The translations under genes were made by a program, and so were the position numbers. Shown in pieces: positions 47,247-58,062 of a DNA stretch of 64,000 nucleotides (positions are counted from its first letter, which is position 1; each line of letters starts with the position of its first letter). The DNA is taken from assembly GCA_051251915.1 (NCBI GenBank), contig JBPOGF010000001.1:160001-224000 (forward strand). The letters are read 5' to 3'. The DNA is from Akkermansiaceae bacterium. Lineage in GTDB: Bacteria > Verrucomicrobiota > Verrucomicrobiia > Verrucomicrobiales > Akkermansiaceae. The notes below the pieces were generated by a model. That model was not told the origin of the DNA. It ran no database searches and was given only the letters and a program-made list of their open reading frames with translations.

Positions 47247-49079
47247 ATGGAATCCATAACAGCTAAGCAATCCCGGAAAACGCCTCAGGCGTTGCTCTGG
47301 TTGTTGACGCGTGGGTTTCGAGGTAAGTATGGTTGGGCTATTGCTGCGTTGTTTGCGTTTACGGTGATCAATTATTTGACCCCACTTATCGCCAGTGCGA
47401 CGATTGATTTTGCTCTTTCCGAGAAAGCGGATGACGGTCTTCTGACGGCTACGATTATCGATTGGATGGGTGGTGCTGAGTTTGTGCGCTCGCATCTTTG
47501 GTTTCCTGCAATGCTGATGGTATTATTGACGATATTGGCGGGAGGATTTAGCTATTTAAAAGGGCGGTTTGCTGCGCAGGCTTCTGATGGAATTGCACGG
47601 ACACTGAAGGACAGGCTTTATGATCACTTGCAACGGTTACCGGCCAAGTATCATGATCGGGCTGAGACTGGGGATCTGATCCAGCGGTGTACTTCAGATG
47701 TGGAGACTTTGCGGATGGCGCTTTCCTCTCAGGTGGTGGATATTAGCAATGCAGTTCTTCTGCTTCTCACTGCGTTGCCTGTAATGATTCTGTTAGATGA
47801 GCGAATGGCATTGGTTTCTTTTGCGCTTATTTTACCGATTATTTGGTTTGGCTATTACTACATTGGTAAGGTGAAGCATCTTTTCAAGGAAGTGGATGAG
47901 GCTGAAGGACAGGTTACGCGCGTGGTCCAGGAGAATCTAACAGGTCTGCGTGTGGTAAGGGCATTTGCGCGTCAAGACTATGAGATATCAAAGTTCGCTG
48001 AGCCTAATAAGCTCTATCGTGATCGCAGTTTGAAGTTATTGCGGTTGATGGCGTGGTATTGGTCCACCTCAGATTTTATTGTGCTTTTACAGCAGGGGAT
48101 TGTGCTGTTTACGGGAATCTATTTCATTTCCGAAGGGAGCCTAACAGTCGGCACGTTGTTTGCGTTTATCATGTTTCTCAACATGCTGCTATGGCCAGTG
48201 CGCCAAATGGGACGAACACTAACTGACCTAGGGAAATCATTCGTGGCGCTCACGCGAATGGGGGAAATTCTCTCCGAGCCTGAGGAAAGTAAGCCTGTTA
48301 ATCCCGTGCTGCCGAAGAGTCCTGTCCTAGGTAAAATTGAACTGAAGAATCTCGTCTTTGGCCATAACGAGGGTGATGAGACGATCAAAGGTATATCTTT
48401 TATAGTGGAGCCTGGTGAAACTCTCGCCATCGTGGGGCCTTCAGGTTCTGGTAAATCAGTGCTCATGCATCTACTATTGCGGCTTTATGATTATAAGTCG
48501 GGATCGATTCAGCTTGATGGTAATGAACTAACAGACTTGGACAGACAATGGCTGAGATCTCAGTTTAGCGTGGTGATGCAGGAGCCCTTTCTCTACTCCA
48601 AGTCAGTGGGGGAGAATATTCATTTGGCACGTCATCAAGCTGCTGAGCATGAGATCAGCGAAGCGGCGCGTCTGGCAGATATCCATGAAACGATTCAAGG
48701 GTTTCCTTCTGGCTACTCCACTCCTGTAGGGGAGCGCGGTGTGACTCTATCTGGCGGGCAGCGTCAGCGTGTCGCCCTTGCTCGCGCTTTGTTACAAGAG
48801 ACTCCTATTTTATTGTTAGATGATGCACTGAGCGCGGTGGACTCAGAAACAGAAGCCTCTATTCTGAAGGCGTTGCGAGATAGGCATGGACTGCGCACTA
48901 CGATTGTTATCGCTCATCGCTTGTCCACTCTCGCTCACGCTGATCATGTGATTGTGCTTGAGGACGGCAAGATTTCACAGCGAGGAACCCACAGCGAGCT
49001 CATCGCTGAGGATGGTCTCTACAGTCGGCTATGGAAAATTCAAAATGCGGAAGAAACTGAACACTCTCAGATACCATGA
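47247..49079 (+). CDS. ABC exporter TMD-NBD, subunit A
   Basis: GPSGSGKS, LSGGQRQR, LLLDDALS, AHRLS. Confidence 0.95.
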   Translation: MESITAKQSRKTPQALLWLLTRGFRGKYGWAIAALFAFTVINYLTPLIASATIDFALSEKADDGLLTATIIDWMGGAEFVRSHLWFPAMLMVLLTILAGGFSYLKGRFAAQASDGIARTLKDRLYDHLQRLPAKYHDRAETGDLIQRCTSDVETLRMALSSQVVDISNAVLLLLTALPVMILLDERMALVSFALILPIIWFGYYYIGKVKHLFKEVDEAEGQVTRVVQENLTGLRVVRAFARQDYEISKFAEPNKLYRDRSLKLLRLMAWYWSTSDFIVLLQQGIVLFTGIYFISEGSLTVGTLFAFIMFLNMLLWPVRQMGRTLTDLGKSFVALTRMGEILSEPEESKPVNPVLPKSPVLGKIELKNLVFGHNEGDETIKGISFIVEPGETLAIVGPSGSGKSVLMHLLLRLYDYKSGSIQLDGNELTDLDRQWLRSQFSVVMQEPFLYSKSVGENIHLARHQAAEHEISEAARLADIHETIQGFPSGYSTPVGERGVTLSGGQRQRVALARALLQETPILLLDDALSAVDSETEASILKALRDRHGLRTTIVIAHRLSTLAHADHVIVLEDGKISQRGTHSELIAEDGLYSRLWKIQNAEETEHSQIP

Positions 49080-50944
49080 AAAACCAGCCTGAAGAAGACG
49101 TTTTTAGCGATCGGCTAGACCTCGATTTATGGATTAGGGTGTTTCGTCACGCGCTTCCATATAAACGTCTGCTCATATGGCTGGCTAGTTCTGCGGTGGT
49201 GATTGCAATGGTGGATGCGACTTTCGCGCTGGTTACCCGCTGGGCGGTTGATGATGTGACTAAGGCTGGAAACGAACTGAACCTTTGGCCGTATTTTGGG
49301 GTTTATGGTTTGCTGATCATTGCTCTTGCTTCTGGCGTGTGGGTGTTCATCAATTCTGCTGGGGGGCTCTCTAACAATATGAGCCACGATATTCGCGAAA
49401 GTTGTTTCAAGCACATTCAGAAGTTGGAGTTTGCGTATTTTGATCATCGGCCTACGGGGTGGTTGATCTCTAGGCTGACCTCAGATTGTGATAAACTAGC
49501 TCGCATTATCGCCTGGGGAGCGTTGGATCTAGTCTGGGCAGTTGGTTTGGTCGTCATGATATCGATTGTGTTGTTAGTGCTGAATCCTATACTGGGTTTG
49601 TTAGTGTTAGCGGTGGTGCCGCCACTGATTATCGTTAGTATGTTTTTTCAGAAGAAACTGCTACTGAGCTCACGGGATACGCGTAAGTATAACTCTATGA
49701 TCACGGCTTCTTTTGCAGAAGCTCTGCAAGGCTTGAGGACGAGTAAGGTGCTGGTTCGCGAGGAAGAGAACTTGGATGAATTTGGTGGGCTTTCTTCTCA
49801 GATGTATCGGGTATCGATGCAGAATGCCCTGCAATCTGCGGTGTACCTGCCGATTGTTTTGACTCTTGGTAGTGTGGCTGCCGGTGTGGCTCTCTGGCGC
49901 GGTGGATCTGATGTAATGGCGGAAACACTCACTATAGGAACGCTAGTTGCATTCATCTTCTACGCAGGTCAATTTTTCAATCCGATCAACAAGATAGCCC
50001 AGGTTTTGATTCAGATGCAGGGGGCGCAGGCAGCTGGCGAACGGGTGCTCAGCTTACTTGCGACAGTTCCTCAAATCAGCGATAGTGATGAAGTGAAAGC
50101 GAAGCTTGAGAAATGGGGAAACCAGCAAGATCGTCCAGAGGGTCAGGCTTTAGACGGGGAAGAACGAGAGATCAAGACACTTGAGTTTCGCGACGTGGAT
50201 TTCTCTTATTCCGATGGTGAAACGATCTTGAAGGGTTTTAATCTAACTGTGCGTTCTGGTGAGACGATCGCCTTTGTGGGAGCCAGTGGAGGAGGCAAGA
50301 GTACGATCGTGAATCTAGCGGCTCGTTTCTATGAACCCACTTGTGGTGCTATTTTGGTAAATGGCATGGATCTGCGTGAACGTAGCCTGGCTTGGTATCA
50401 ATCCAATCTGGGTATTGTGCTACAGGGGCCACATCTATTTAGTGGTTCAGTGCGTGAGAATATTCGCTACGGCAGGCTTGAAGCTACTGATCAGGAAGTG
50501 GAGGCTGCAGCCCAGCAGGTAAATGCAGATCAGTTTATTCGTAACATGGAAGAGGGGTATGAAACAGATGTAGGTGAAGGCGGAAACCGACTGTCCACAG
50601 GGCAGAAGCAATTGATTTCATTTGCCCGCGCCCTGTTAGCGAAGCCTAGGATATTTATTATGGATGAGGCGACTTCATCGATCGATACTGAAACCGAGCA
50701 GTTGATCCAAGAGGGACTGCAGACGATTTTTGAAGGTCGCATCAGTTTCGTGATTGCTCACCGTCTGTCTACGATCCGGACAGCAGATCGCATCTGTGTG
50801 ATCGAAAAAGGTGAGATTCTGGAAAGCGGAAGCCACGAGGAGCTTCTCGACCTTAAAGGTCATTACCAGGCTCTCTACACCCGCCAGTTTACTGAGCAAA
50901 AAGAAGCTCAGTTATTTTCGGGCGAGAGAGATTTATCTAACTGA
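49076..50944 (+). CDS. ABC exporter TMD-NBD, subunit B
   Basis: GASGGGKST, LSTGQKQ, IMDEATS, AHRLS; ATGA overlap with subunit A. Confidence 0.95.
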   Translation: MKNQPEEDVFSDRLDLDLWIRVFRHALPYKRLLIWLASSAVVIAMVDATFALVTRWAVDDVTKAGNELNLWPYFGVYGLLIIALASGVWVFINSAGGLSNNMSHDIRESCFKHIQKLEFAYFDHRPTGWLISRLTSDCDKLARIIAWGALDLVWAVGLVVMISIVLLVLNPILGLLVLAVVPPLIIVSMFFQKKLLLSSRDTRKYNSMITASFAEALQGLRTSKVLVREEENLDEFGGLSSQMYRVSMQNALQSAVYLPIVLTLGSVAAGVALWRGGSDVMAETLTIGTLVAFIFYAGQFFNPINKIAQVLIQMQGAQAAGERVLSLLATVPQISDSDEVKAKLEKWGNQQDRPEGQALDGEEREIKTLEFRDVDFSYSDGETILKGFNLTVRSGETIAFVGASGGGKSTIVNLAARFYEPTCGAILVNGMDLRERSLAWYQSNLGIVLQGPHLFSGSVRENIRYGRLEATDQEVEAAAQQVNADQFIRNMEEGYETDVGEGGNRLSTGQKQLISFARALLAKPRIFIMDEATSSIDTETEQLIQEGLQTIFEGRISFVIAHRLSTIRTADRICVIEKGEILESGSHEELLDLKGHYQALYTRQFTEQKEAQLFSGERDLSN

Positions 50945-51125
50945 AGTTTTCTAGTCAGTGAGTGCTGCGGAGTAGACAACATCGGTTTGGTGTAGGAAGG
51001 GGAGGCGTTGAGCTTGCTTGGTATAGAGTGGACTCTTGCAATCTAAATTTTGAGGGTAACAGACTTAATGTGATTATCCTAAGCATAATGTTTTCACGCT
51101 GGTTGGATTTTTGTGAGGAAATCCC

Positions 51126-51183
51126 TTGACCTCATAGACTGCAAGTGTTTACATTGTGATTACAATTTTTCACCAATCACAAT
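51126..51183 (+). promoter_or_regulatory. Candidate sigma70 promoter overlapped by an inverted repeat
   Basis: TTGACC-N18-TACATT; ATTGTGATT (51153)...AATCACAAT (51183). Confidence 0.45.
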
Positions 51184-51334
51184 CTTTTCATCGAGCTGGC
51201 TGATCATGTGGAAAATCATGATATGATGCCCTTATCAAGGCGTTGTATTTTAATTCTACTGGTTGGCGTAATTCGTTAAATGAACTGACGCATTTATTCA
51301 TTGCCGCCGAGTAGAGCAAACCCTATAAAGTAAA

Positions 51335-54300
51335 ATGAAACCCATGCATATTCATCAAATAAACAGGAATGTAAGCCGCTTGCCATCGTTGATTTCAATG
51401 TCGAAAAGCATCAGTAAACCAGAGAGATCGGGGTTTGCGTTAATATCTACGATCACTATTATGCCGCTTTTGGCTATTATGGTGATCGCTATCTTGAATT
51501 TAAGTTCAGTGGAGGTGAGGTCTAGTAAGAGTAATTCACTTATGGAGGAGGCCCAGGCAAATGCAAGGGTTGCTCTGATGAATGCGATTGGTCAGTTGCA
51601 GCAACTTAGTGGTCAAGATACGCGGGTTACTGCTAGTTCTAGATTGATAGATGAGAGTAATGTGGCTGTTACTGGGGTTTGGCGAAGCTGGGAGGGTATG
51701 GATCATGATAGTGATGGCAAGCCAGTGATTGTTAATTACGATCTTAAGAAGCAGACTGGAGATTCTGAGGCTACACCAACTGATGCAGCAGGTGAAGGGC
51801 GCTTTTTGGGGTGGCTAGGGTCGACAAGTGCTACAGCTGATGTGAATGACCTGAGTGATTTCTCGAAGACAGAAGATGCCGATTTTATTGCTGTTTTGGG
51901 TGAAGGAAGCGCGGTGGATTCTGATGACTGGGTGTATGTAAAACCAACTTATATCAATAACTCAGAGGGAAGTATAGCGTGGTGGACTAGTGGAAATAAC
52001 ACGAAGGCGATGGTGAATGCTAAGCGTGAGGAAGCGCCAACTTCGATAGTGGATTGGCAGCAGCGCGTGCGTGCAGATGGCAGGGCTGACGCTGAGACAT
52101 TTGGGCTGGCTAAGATTAATGACCGTGGCGTGGGGGCTAGTGTTCCTAGTGTGGATTCACTTGAGCTGGTAGAATCAACGGTGGAGATTCGAAAATTTCA
52201 TGATTTAACAACGTTTAGTAGAGGTTTGATGACGAATACTGCGACGGGTGGCTGGAGAAGAGATCTTTCACTACTTTCTGAGCAGTTTGATGATTTACCA
52301 TCATCTGATCTACCCTCTCTCAATCTTGAACCAGGTGATGAACAGACATTTGTTAAAGCTCCGACTTCAGGTAAGCCTGCTAATGTGATGCTGTATCCGT
52401 GGGCTGGATACCGTAATGTTCATAGCGCGGCATGGGGTCAGGTTCCTCCAATTTGTTCATGGTCGGCATTAGTGGATTACGCTCTGCAGTATAAACAGCT
52501 TACGACATCTTCCGCGGCTAAGACGGGGATGGCTACTCATGTATCTGGGATTGGATCGAATGATCGCTATGATTTTCAGGAAAAGGTTCGTAGAGTGCCT
52601 CAGGTAGCCAGAATTCAGTGGGTATTCTCACTTTGTTCTAAGATTCAGGTGGGTGGCACTAATGATGGTAAATACAAAGCGGGGCTCATGCTGACTCCTG
52701 TTGTGACTCTTTGGAACCCTTATAATGTGGAGTTAACTTTGAGTGCTTATAGGATGAGAGTTAGAAGGGAAGGGATTGCGCCACTCAGGTATTCTTTTAA
52801 AGTTGGTACAAATACTTACCCTTTAACTTCATTATCACAGATCACGAATGGGGATATTTATCTTCGGATAAATGACTCCTTCACTTTAGCTCCAGGAGCT
52901 TGCCGTATATTTGGTTTGAATGATGGAGTGCCGCAAGATGGTGACAATTCACAGGTTAAGCTGGAGCCAGGATATATTCCTGGAGGGGGATACCGTTTTT
53001 ATGGTATAGATGGCGGGAGTGAAGTGTTTGCTGATGCTAGTGATGCGTTTAGTATTGAACAAGTGGCTTATAATGCGTCTAATGCTAAAAATGGAAGTAT
53101 TGGGATTTATTTTGATACTACGATTAATAATTCTTATACGTTAGCTCAACGTATGGGCTACAGTGAAGGTGATTTAGCTGGTGGTGGATCGAATATCGTT
53201 GAACAGCTTTACCCTTCACTTACTGAAACGATCGCTGTTGATAGGTTAGATGAGGTTGCAGACCAAGGTACTTTGGCATTTGCGAGTGCGATTTTCGGCT
53301 TCCGGATGGCGACACCAATTTCATCAGCACCAGAGCATGAGCATTTGTTTTCTAAAGGAATGTTACAGAGTAATCCCCTGAACTACTATGCTGAAGTGGG
53401 TAAGGAAGATACCGGATCTAATACTACATCAATGGCGGGATCAGGAGTGTTTCACCCAATCAATGCTCCTTATGATTTTGCGTTTTTGGATGTTCAAGGT
53501 TGGAACGATACGCGCTACATTCCTCAGTTTGATAGTTCGACTAATAGTGGATACATTGTTTCTGGGTTAACTGCAGGTGATGGTCTTACTCGTAGTGTCA
53601 TGGCGGAGTTGCCAACTAGGCCACTTCAGAGTTTAGCGCAGCTTCAGCATTTTGATGCTCGGAATAATAATCCGATCCCTCCATTTCAGTTTAATTTGAT
53701 TGGTAATGGTTCCGCGCATCCACTTTTTGCTCCTGATCAGTTTGAGATTTCTACAAGTGCGAATACGGGAATGATTAACGATGATACCTATTTGCTTAAC
53801 CACATGTTGTTCGATGATTGGTTTGTCTCATCGATTGCGCCTGATTTGAAAGATTTCGGGAAGTCTGAGGATAGAAGTTACGAGACGGTTTATAAAGATC
53901 ACGTTAATGGGACAACACCTTTACCTAACCGGTTTTATCTGCCATCTGACATAGCGGAGGAAGATGCGGTTGATAGTCATGTAGATACAGACACGAATTT
54001 ATACACTTATGCAACTATCGCTTCGCAGTTGGAAGTCGATGGGATGTTCAATATTAATTCTGTATCGCTTGAAGCATGGAAGGCTATTCTGAAGCATAGT
54101 CGAGATACTGAAGTTCCTTACTTAGCACCTAATGGAGCTACGGTTGCTGGGACTGCTACATCATATCCATATCCTAGAACTTCCATTGCTGGTGACCGGG
54201 CTGCTAATTCTGGTTCTACTGATTCAAATTCCACGAATAGCGGAGCTGCGCATTTTGCTGGTTATGCGGCGCTTTCTGATGAGCAGGTAGATGCGCTAGC

Positions 54301-54865
54301 TGAGGAGATAGTGAAGGAAATACGTAAGCGTGGGCCGTTTCTGTCGCTCTCTGAGTTTGTGAATCGTAGGCTTACGAGTGATAAAGATTTAGCGATAGCG
54401 AGTGCGATTCAGAAGGCGTTGGATAACTTATCAGATCTTGGGGTGTCACCAAAAAATCCATTTGCTGAAATTCAATCTAGAGCATTTGAAATCACATCAC
54501 AGCCTCCTGGAGTCACTGATTATAAGTTTCCTGAAGCGGCTCTTGGTTCATCGGCTTTTGGTGTGCCTGGGTGGATAAGGCAGGCGGATATTTTAACTCC
54601 TTTAGCTCCTATTATCACTGCTCGTGACGATAGCTTTACGATACGAGCTTATGGGGATGTTAGAGATCCATCTGATCCTACTCAGATTTTGGCTAAGGCA
54701 TGGTGTGAGGCTACTGTGAAGCGTACTGCGGAGTATGTTGATTCGGCTGCTGATGCGAGTGTGATAGCGCCTTACTCAACGGAGATGACATCTGAAGCAA
54801 ATAAACAGTATGGCAGACGTTATGTGATTGTCTCTTTCCGTTGGCTGAAAGAAGAGGAGATTTAG
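51335..54865 (+). CDS. Giant PilX-like N-terminus protein (Verru_Chthon cassette A-like); start may be 51398
   Basis: GFALI pilin-like leader, AQANARVAL..AIGQLQ..SGQDTRVTA, FNINS, RGPFLSLSEFVNR, ARDDSFTIRAYG, YGRRY.IVSFRWL. Confidence 0.85.
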   Translation: MKPMHIHQINRNVSRLPSLISMSKSISKPERSGFALISTITIMPLLAIMVIAILNLSSVEVRSSKSNSLMEEAQANARVALMNAIGQLQQLSGQDTRVTASSRLIDESNVAVTGVWRSWEGMDHDSDGKPVIVNYDLKKQTGDSEATPTDAAGEGRFLGWLGSTSATADVNDLSDFSKTEDADFIAVLGEGSAVDSDDWVYVKPTYINNSEGSIAWWTSGNNTKAMVNAKREEAPTSIVDWQQRVRADGRADAETFGLAKINDRGVGASVPSVDSLELVESTVEIRKFHDLTTFSRGLMTNTATGGWRRDLSLLSEQFDDLPSSDLPSLNLEPGDEQTFVKAPTSGKPANVMLYPWAGYRNVHSAAWGQVPPICSWSALVDYALQYKQLTTSSAAKTGMATHVSGIGSNDRYDFQEKVRRVPQVARIQWVFSLCSKIQVGGTNDGKYKAGLMLTPVVTLWNPYNVELTLSAYRMRVRREGIAPLRYSFKVGTNTYPLTSLSQITNGDIYLRINDSFTLAPGACRIFGLNDGVPQDGDNSQVKLEPGYIPGGGYRFYGIDGGSEVFADASDAFSIEQVAYNASNAKNGSIGIYFDTTINNSYTLAQRMGYSEGDLAGGGSNIVEQLYPSLTETIAVDRLDEVADQGTLAFASAIFGFRMATPISSAPEHEHLFSKGMLQSNPLNYYAEVGKEDTGSNTTSMAGSGVFHPINAPYDFAFLDVQGWNDTRYIPQFDSSTNSGYIVSGLTAGDGLTRSVMAELPTRPLQSLAQLQHFDARNNNPIPPFQFNLIGNGSAHPLFAPDQFEISTSANTGMINDDTYLLNHMLFDDWFVSSIAPDLKDFGKSEDRSYETVYKDHVNGTTPLPNRFYLPSDIAEEDAVDSHVDTDTNLYTYATIASQLEVDGMFNINSVSLEAWKAILKHSRDTEVPYLAPNGATVAGTATSYPYPRTSIAGDRAANSGSTDSNSTNSGAAHFAGYAALSDEQVDALAEEIVKEIRKRGPFLSLSEFVNRRLTSDKDLAIASAIQKALDNLSDLGVSPKNPFAEIQSRAFEITSQPPGVTDYKFPEAALGSSAFGVPGWIRQADILTPLAPIITARDDSFTIRAYGDVRDPSDPTQILAKAWCEATVKRTAEYVDSAADASVIAPYSTEMTSEANKQYGRRYVIVSFRWLKEEEI

Positions 54866-54923
54866 TAGTATTAAATCTTGAAGAAAATTACCTCTAGCTC
54901 AGTATTCACTACATTCCTATTTT

Positions 54924-55613
54924 ATGACCAAATTATTTATCATCCTTGCTTCTTTTGCTCTTTCTTTACCATTGTTCTCTGCTCGCACGGTGCGGACTAT
55001 ATTCATCCAGGCTCCGCGAAATGCACCTAAAGAAGCTGTTCTGTTTACAGGGCAGGAGTCGGTTTCAGTGAGGCTTCCTGGTAGGAATTTATCTCCTGCA
55101 GAGAAACTGCCGAGTGGGGCTTTACAGCTTGCTATTTTGACGAGTGAGCCAGTAGAAGGGGAGGAGATCCCTGGTGGTGCTCCGAAGGTGTTTATTCCGG
55201 AAGATTGGAAAAGGGTGATTTTGGTGTTTGTTCCAGCGCCTAAGAATAAGGTTTTTCCTGCTAAGGTTATTGCGATTAATGCGTCTAAAGGCCAATTTGC
55301 AATGGGGGATACTATGGTTTACAACTTGACGAGGAGTGTGTTCATGGGCAAGTTTGGCAAGAATGCATTGAGAGTGAATCCGATGAAGTCTGGAATGGTA
55401 GCGGCTCCACGGAATGATGCTGGTGCTTATCCAGTTGCGATTGACTGTATTTTACGTGGTGCAAAAGAGCGCTCGGTGATCTGCCGAACGAACTGGATGC
55501 ATAATCCAAAGGCGCGCCAGATTTTGTTCGTGGCACCTTCACCTGGCCAAGATTTACCACGTGTGTGGGGAGTTCTGGATAGGACGAAGGATGGGGTTGA
55601 GGAAGTGGAGTGA
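54924..55613 (+). CDS. Exported hypothetical partner of the PilX-like protein
   Basis: Signal peptide; co-oriented; predicted beta-rich. Confidence 0.8.
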   Translation: MTKLFIILASFALSLPLFSARTVRTIFIQAPRNAPKEAVLFTGQESVSVRLPGRNLSPAEKLPSGALQLAILTSEPVEGEEIPGGAPKVFIPEDWKRVILVFVPAPKNKVFPAKVIAINASKGQFAMGDTMVYNLTRSVFMGKFGKNALRVNPMKSGMVAAPRNDAGAYPVAIDCILRGAKERSVICRTNWMHNPKARQILFVAPSPGQDLPRVWGVLDRTKDGVEEVE

Positions 55614-55630
55614 AGCTTAGGGGGGAGATG

Positions 55631-56875
55631 CTAAGATTTTCTGGTTAGCACTGCTGCGTATGCTCCATCTGTGTGGTGCTCGAAGGGGTAGATTTGTTGT
55701 TCCTTTGTGAGCTCGAATTCTGAGTGGGTGGTTAGGAAGTGTTGGACTAGTTCAGTGTTTTCTTCGGCATCGATGGAGCAGGTAGAGTAGACTATTCTTC
55801 CGCCTACTTTCACACAAGGAAGTGCGTTTTCTAGGATGTTGAGTTGGAGTTCGCGTAGTTGGACAAAGGTGTCTGGGGTGATTCTCCAGCGGGCGTCGAT
55901 GCGTTTACGTAGGACTCCTGTGTTAGAGCAGGGGACGTCTAAGAGAATGCCGTCGAAATGATCGTGCCATTTTTCTGGGGCGGGTTCGGTCCAGTCGAAT
56001 ACTTCGGTCTCTGCGATTTTAACGTTGAGGTTATCTAGGTTTTCTAGAAGGCGAGGGATGCGTTTTGGGTTTGAGTCGGTGCAGATTAGGTTGCCATTGT
56101 TAGACATGGCTGCGGCGATCTGGGTGGACTTGCCTCCTGGTGCGGCGCAGGCGTCTAGGATGGTTTCTCCTGCTTGTGGGGCTAGGAGGTTTACTGCGTG
56201 CTGGGTGGCTGGGTCTTGGATGTAGATGTATCCTTGGTCCATCCACTCGTGTTTGGGGAGCTTGATGGAGGTGTAGAATTCTGGGTGAGTTTCTAGTTGC
56301 TCGGCATTTGGTGAGTTGCTGACGATGTCGTGAGCTTCTGGGACAAGGGGGTTGATTCTGAAAGTGAGTTTAGTGGGGGTTTGGTTCCACTCTAACAGGT
56401 CTAATACTTGCTGGGGAGTGAAGGATTTAGCCCAGTGCTCACAGAGCCATTTGGGGTGGGAAAACTGAATCTGTAGAGGTAAGTTTTTGACATTTTCTAG
56501 GAGTTCTTCCTTTTCACGGAGTGCGCGCCTGAGGACTGCATTTACGAGCCCACGTAGTCCTTTACGGGTGCTTTCTACGGTTTCATTTACTGCGGCGTGG
56601 TCTGCGATTCCCATGAAGAGGATTTGGAAGATGCCGATGCGGAGGACGTTTCGGAGTTCCATGTCTATTTTTCCTTCACGGAGTTGTGAGATGAAGTGAT
56701 CTAATAGACTTTGGTTGCGGATTACGCCTAGGACGAGTGCGTTTAGGAGGTTTCTATCCTCTGGGGAGAGTTCTTCTTCACGCTGCCATCGGTTGACTAG
56801 GCTGTCAGCATAGTCTTTGCCTTCTTGCCAGTATTCGAGGATGTCCGCTGCATGGGTTCTGATATTGATAGCCAC
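55631..56875 (-). CDS. rsmB: 16S rRNA m5C967 methyltransferase
   Basis: NusB-like N-domain, HAAVNETV, IQD, DACAAPGGKS, LDVPCS, YSTCS. Confidence 0.93.
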   Translation of the reverse strand: MAINIRTHAADILEYWQEGKDYADSLVNRWQREEELSPEDRNLLNALVLGVIRNQSLLDHFISQLREGKIDMELRNVLRIGIFQILFMGIADHAAVNETVESTRKGLRGLVNAVLRRALREKEELLENVKNLPLQIQFSHPKWLCEHWAKSFTPQQVLDLLEWNQTPTKLTFRINPLVPEAHDIVSNSPNAEQLETHPEFYTSIKLPKHEWMDQGYIYIQDPATQHAVNLLAPQAGETILDACAAPGGKSTQIAAAMSNNGNLICTDSNPKRIPRLLENLDNLNVKIAETEVFDWTEPAPEKWHDHFDGILLDVPCSNTGVLRKRIDARWRITPDTFVQLRELQLNILENALPCVKVGGRIVYSTCSIDAEENTELVQHFLTTHSEFELTKEQQIYPFEHHTDGAYAAVLTRKS

Positions 56876-56896
56876 AAGTGTGTATTAAGGTGTGAT

Positions 56897-57970
56897 TTAC
56901 TTCAGCTCGGGTGGGAGCTTGTTGATGAGTTTTTTGATGTCATCTGCTTGGTGGCGGTTTGCCACGAGAATGGAGTCGTCGGTTTGGACGATGATGAGGT
57001 CATCGACTCCTAGTAAGGCGACTTGGGTGTCTTGTGATTTGGTGAAGACGATATTGTTTTGACTGTCGATTTCAACCAATGGGGAGTTTGTCGTGTTGTT
57101 GTCGGTTTTTTGATCGAGATATTTTGAAACGGAGATCCATGAGCCTACGTCATCCCAGTCGAAGGTGGCTTCGATATTGAGCACGCGAGTGGCATTTTCC
57201 ATTAGGGCGTAGTCGATGGAGATGGAGTCTAGTTCAGGGAATTGAGCATCGACGGTGGCTTGGACATTGTTGGATTGGCGGATTTCGGTGATGAATTTAG
57301 CTAGTTGTGGTGTGTGGCGGGTGAGTTCATTGAGGACGGTAGGTACTGACCAGATAAACATGCCTGCATTCCACGCGAAGTTTCCTTGTCTGAGGAATTG
57401 TTCTGCAAGTTGTGGGTTTGGTTTTTCACGGAATTTGACTACTTCGTGAGGTGAGTGGGTGAGGTTGAGTCCTGTGATGGTGGCTTTTTTGCCGCGCTCG
57501 ATGTAGCCAAATGAAGGGCATGCCCAGGTGGGTTTGATGCCGATGGTTACGAGAGCGTCAGTGTTAGCGGCTGTTTCGATAGCGTCTCTCATCACGTTGT
57601 GAAACTCAGCGACGTCATGGATGAGTTGATCAGCGGGGAGGACTACCATGGTGGCTTCTGGGTCGCGGGCTGCGATGAGTCCGGCACCTAGGGCGACGGC
57701 AGGTGCTGTGTCGCGCTTGGCTGGCTCTGCAAAAATATTTTCAGCGGGTAGTTCTGATGCGACTTCTCTAACAGCGGCTTCTTGTAGTTTGTTGGTTAGA
57801 ATAAGGATGTTTTCTTTTGGGATAAGTCCAGTGAGTCTATCGATCGTTTGATTGAGCAGAGTGGTGTCTCCGAAGAGATTGAGTAGTTGTTTAGGCCTCG
57901 CGTCACGCGAAAGGGGCCAAAAGCGAGTTCCGCTGCCACCAGCGAGGATGAGTGCATAAGTTTGTGCCAT
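56897..57970 (-). CDS. manC: Mannose-1-phosphate guanylyltransferase
   Basis: LAGGSGTRFWPLSR..PKQ, FREKP, WNAGMF, SIDYALME, WDDVGSW. Confidence 0.93.
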   Translation of the reverse strand: MAQTYALILAGGSGTRFWPLSRDARPKQLLNLFGDTTLLNQTIDRLTGLIPKENILILTNKLQEAAVREVASELPAENIFAEPAKRDTAPAVALGAGLIAARDPEATMVVLPADQLIHDVAEFHNVMRDAIETAANTDALVTIGIKPTWACPSFGYIERGKKATITGLNLTHSPHEVVKFREKPNPQLAEQFLRQGNFAWNAGMFIWSVPTVLNELTRHTPQLAKFITEIRQSNNVQATVDAQFPELDSISIDYALMENATRVLNIEATFDWDDVGSWISVSKYLDQKTDNNTTNSPLVEIDSQNNIVFTKSQDTQVALLGVDDLIIVQTDDSILVANRHQADDIKKLINKLPPELK

Positions 57971-58062
57971 GGGCAGACGATGACATGATTGTGATGAAGG
58001 AAAAGTAATAAAAGGTAAAGAATTTGGTTTTTTTATTCTCTAAAATAAGTTTTAATCCAGTT

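Noticed and set aside
47168..47266. Possible leader peptide or GGTGCTG/CAGCACC attenuator before the ABC genes
   Set aside because: A TTGACT-N16-TAGGGT promoter candidate overlaps the 5' arm and the uORF start, so they are probably not transcribed
51250..51320. Riboswitch-like pairing in the leader of the PilX-like gene
   Set aside because: Only short imperfect stems; no recognisable aptamer consensus
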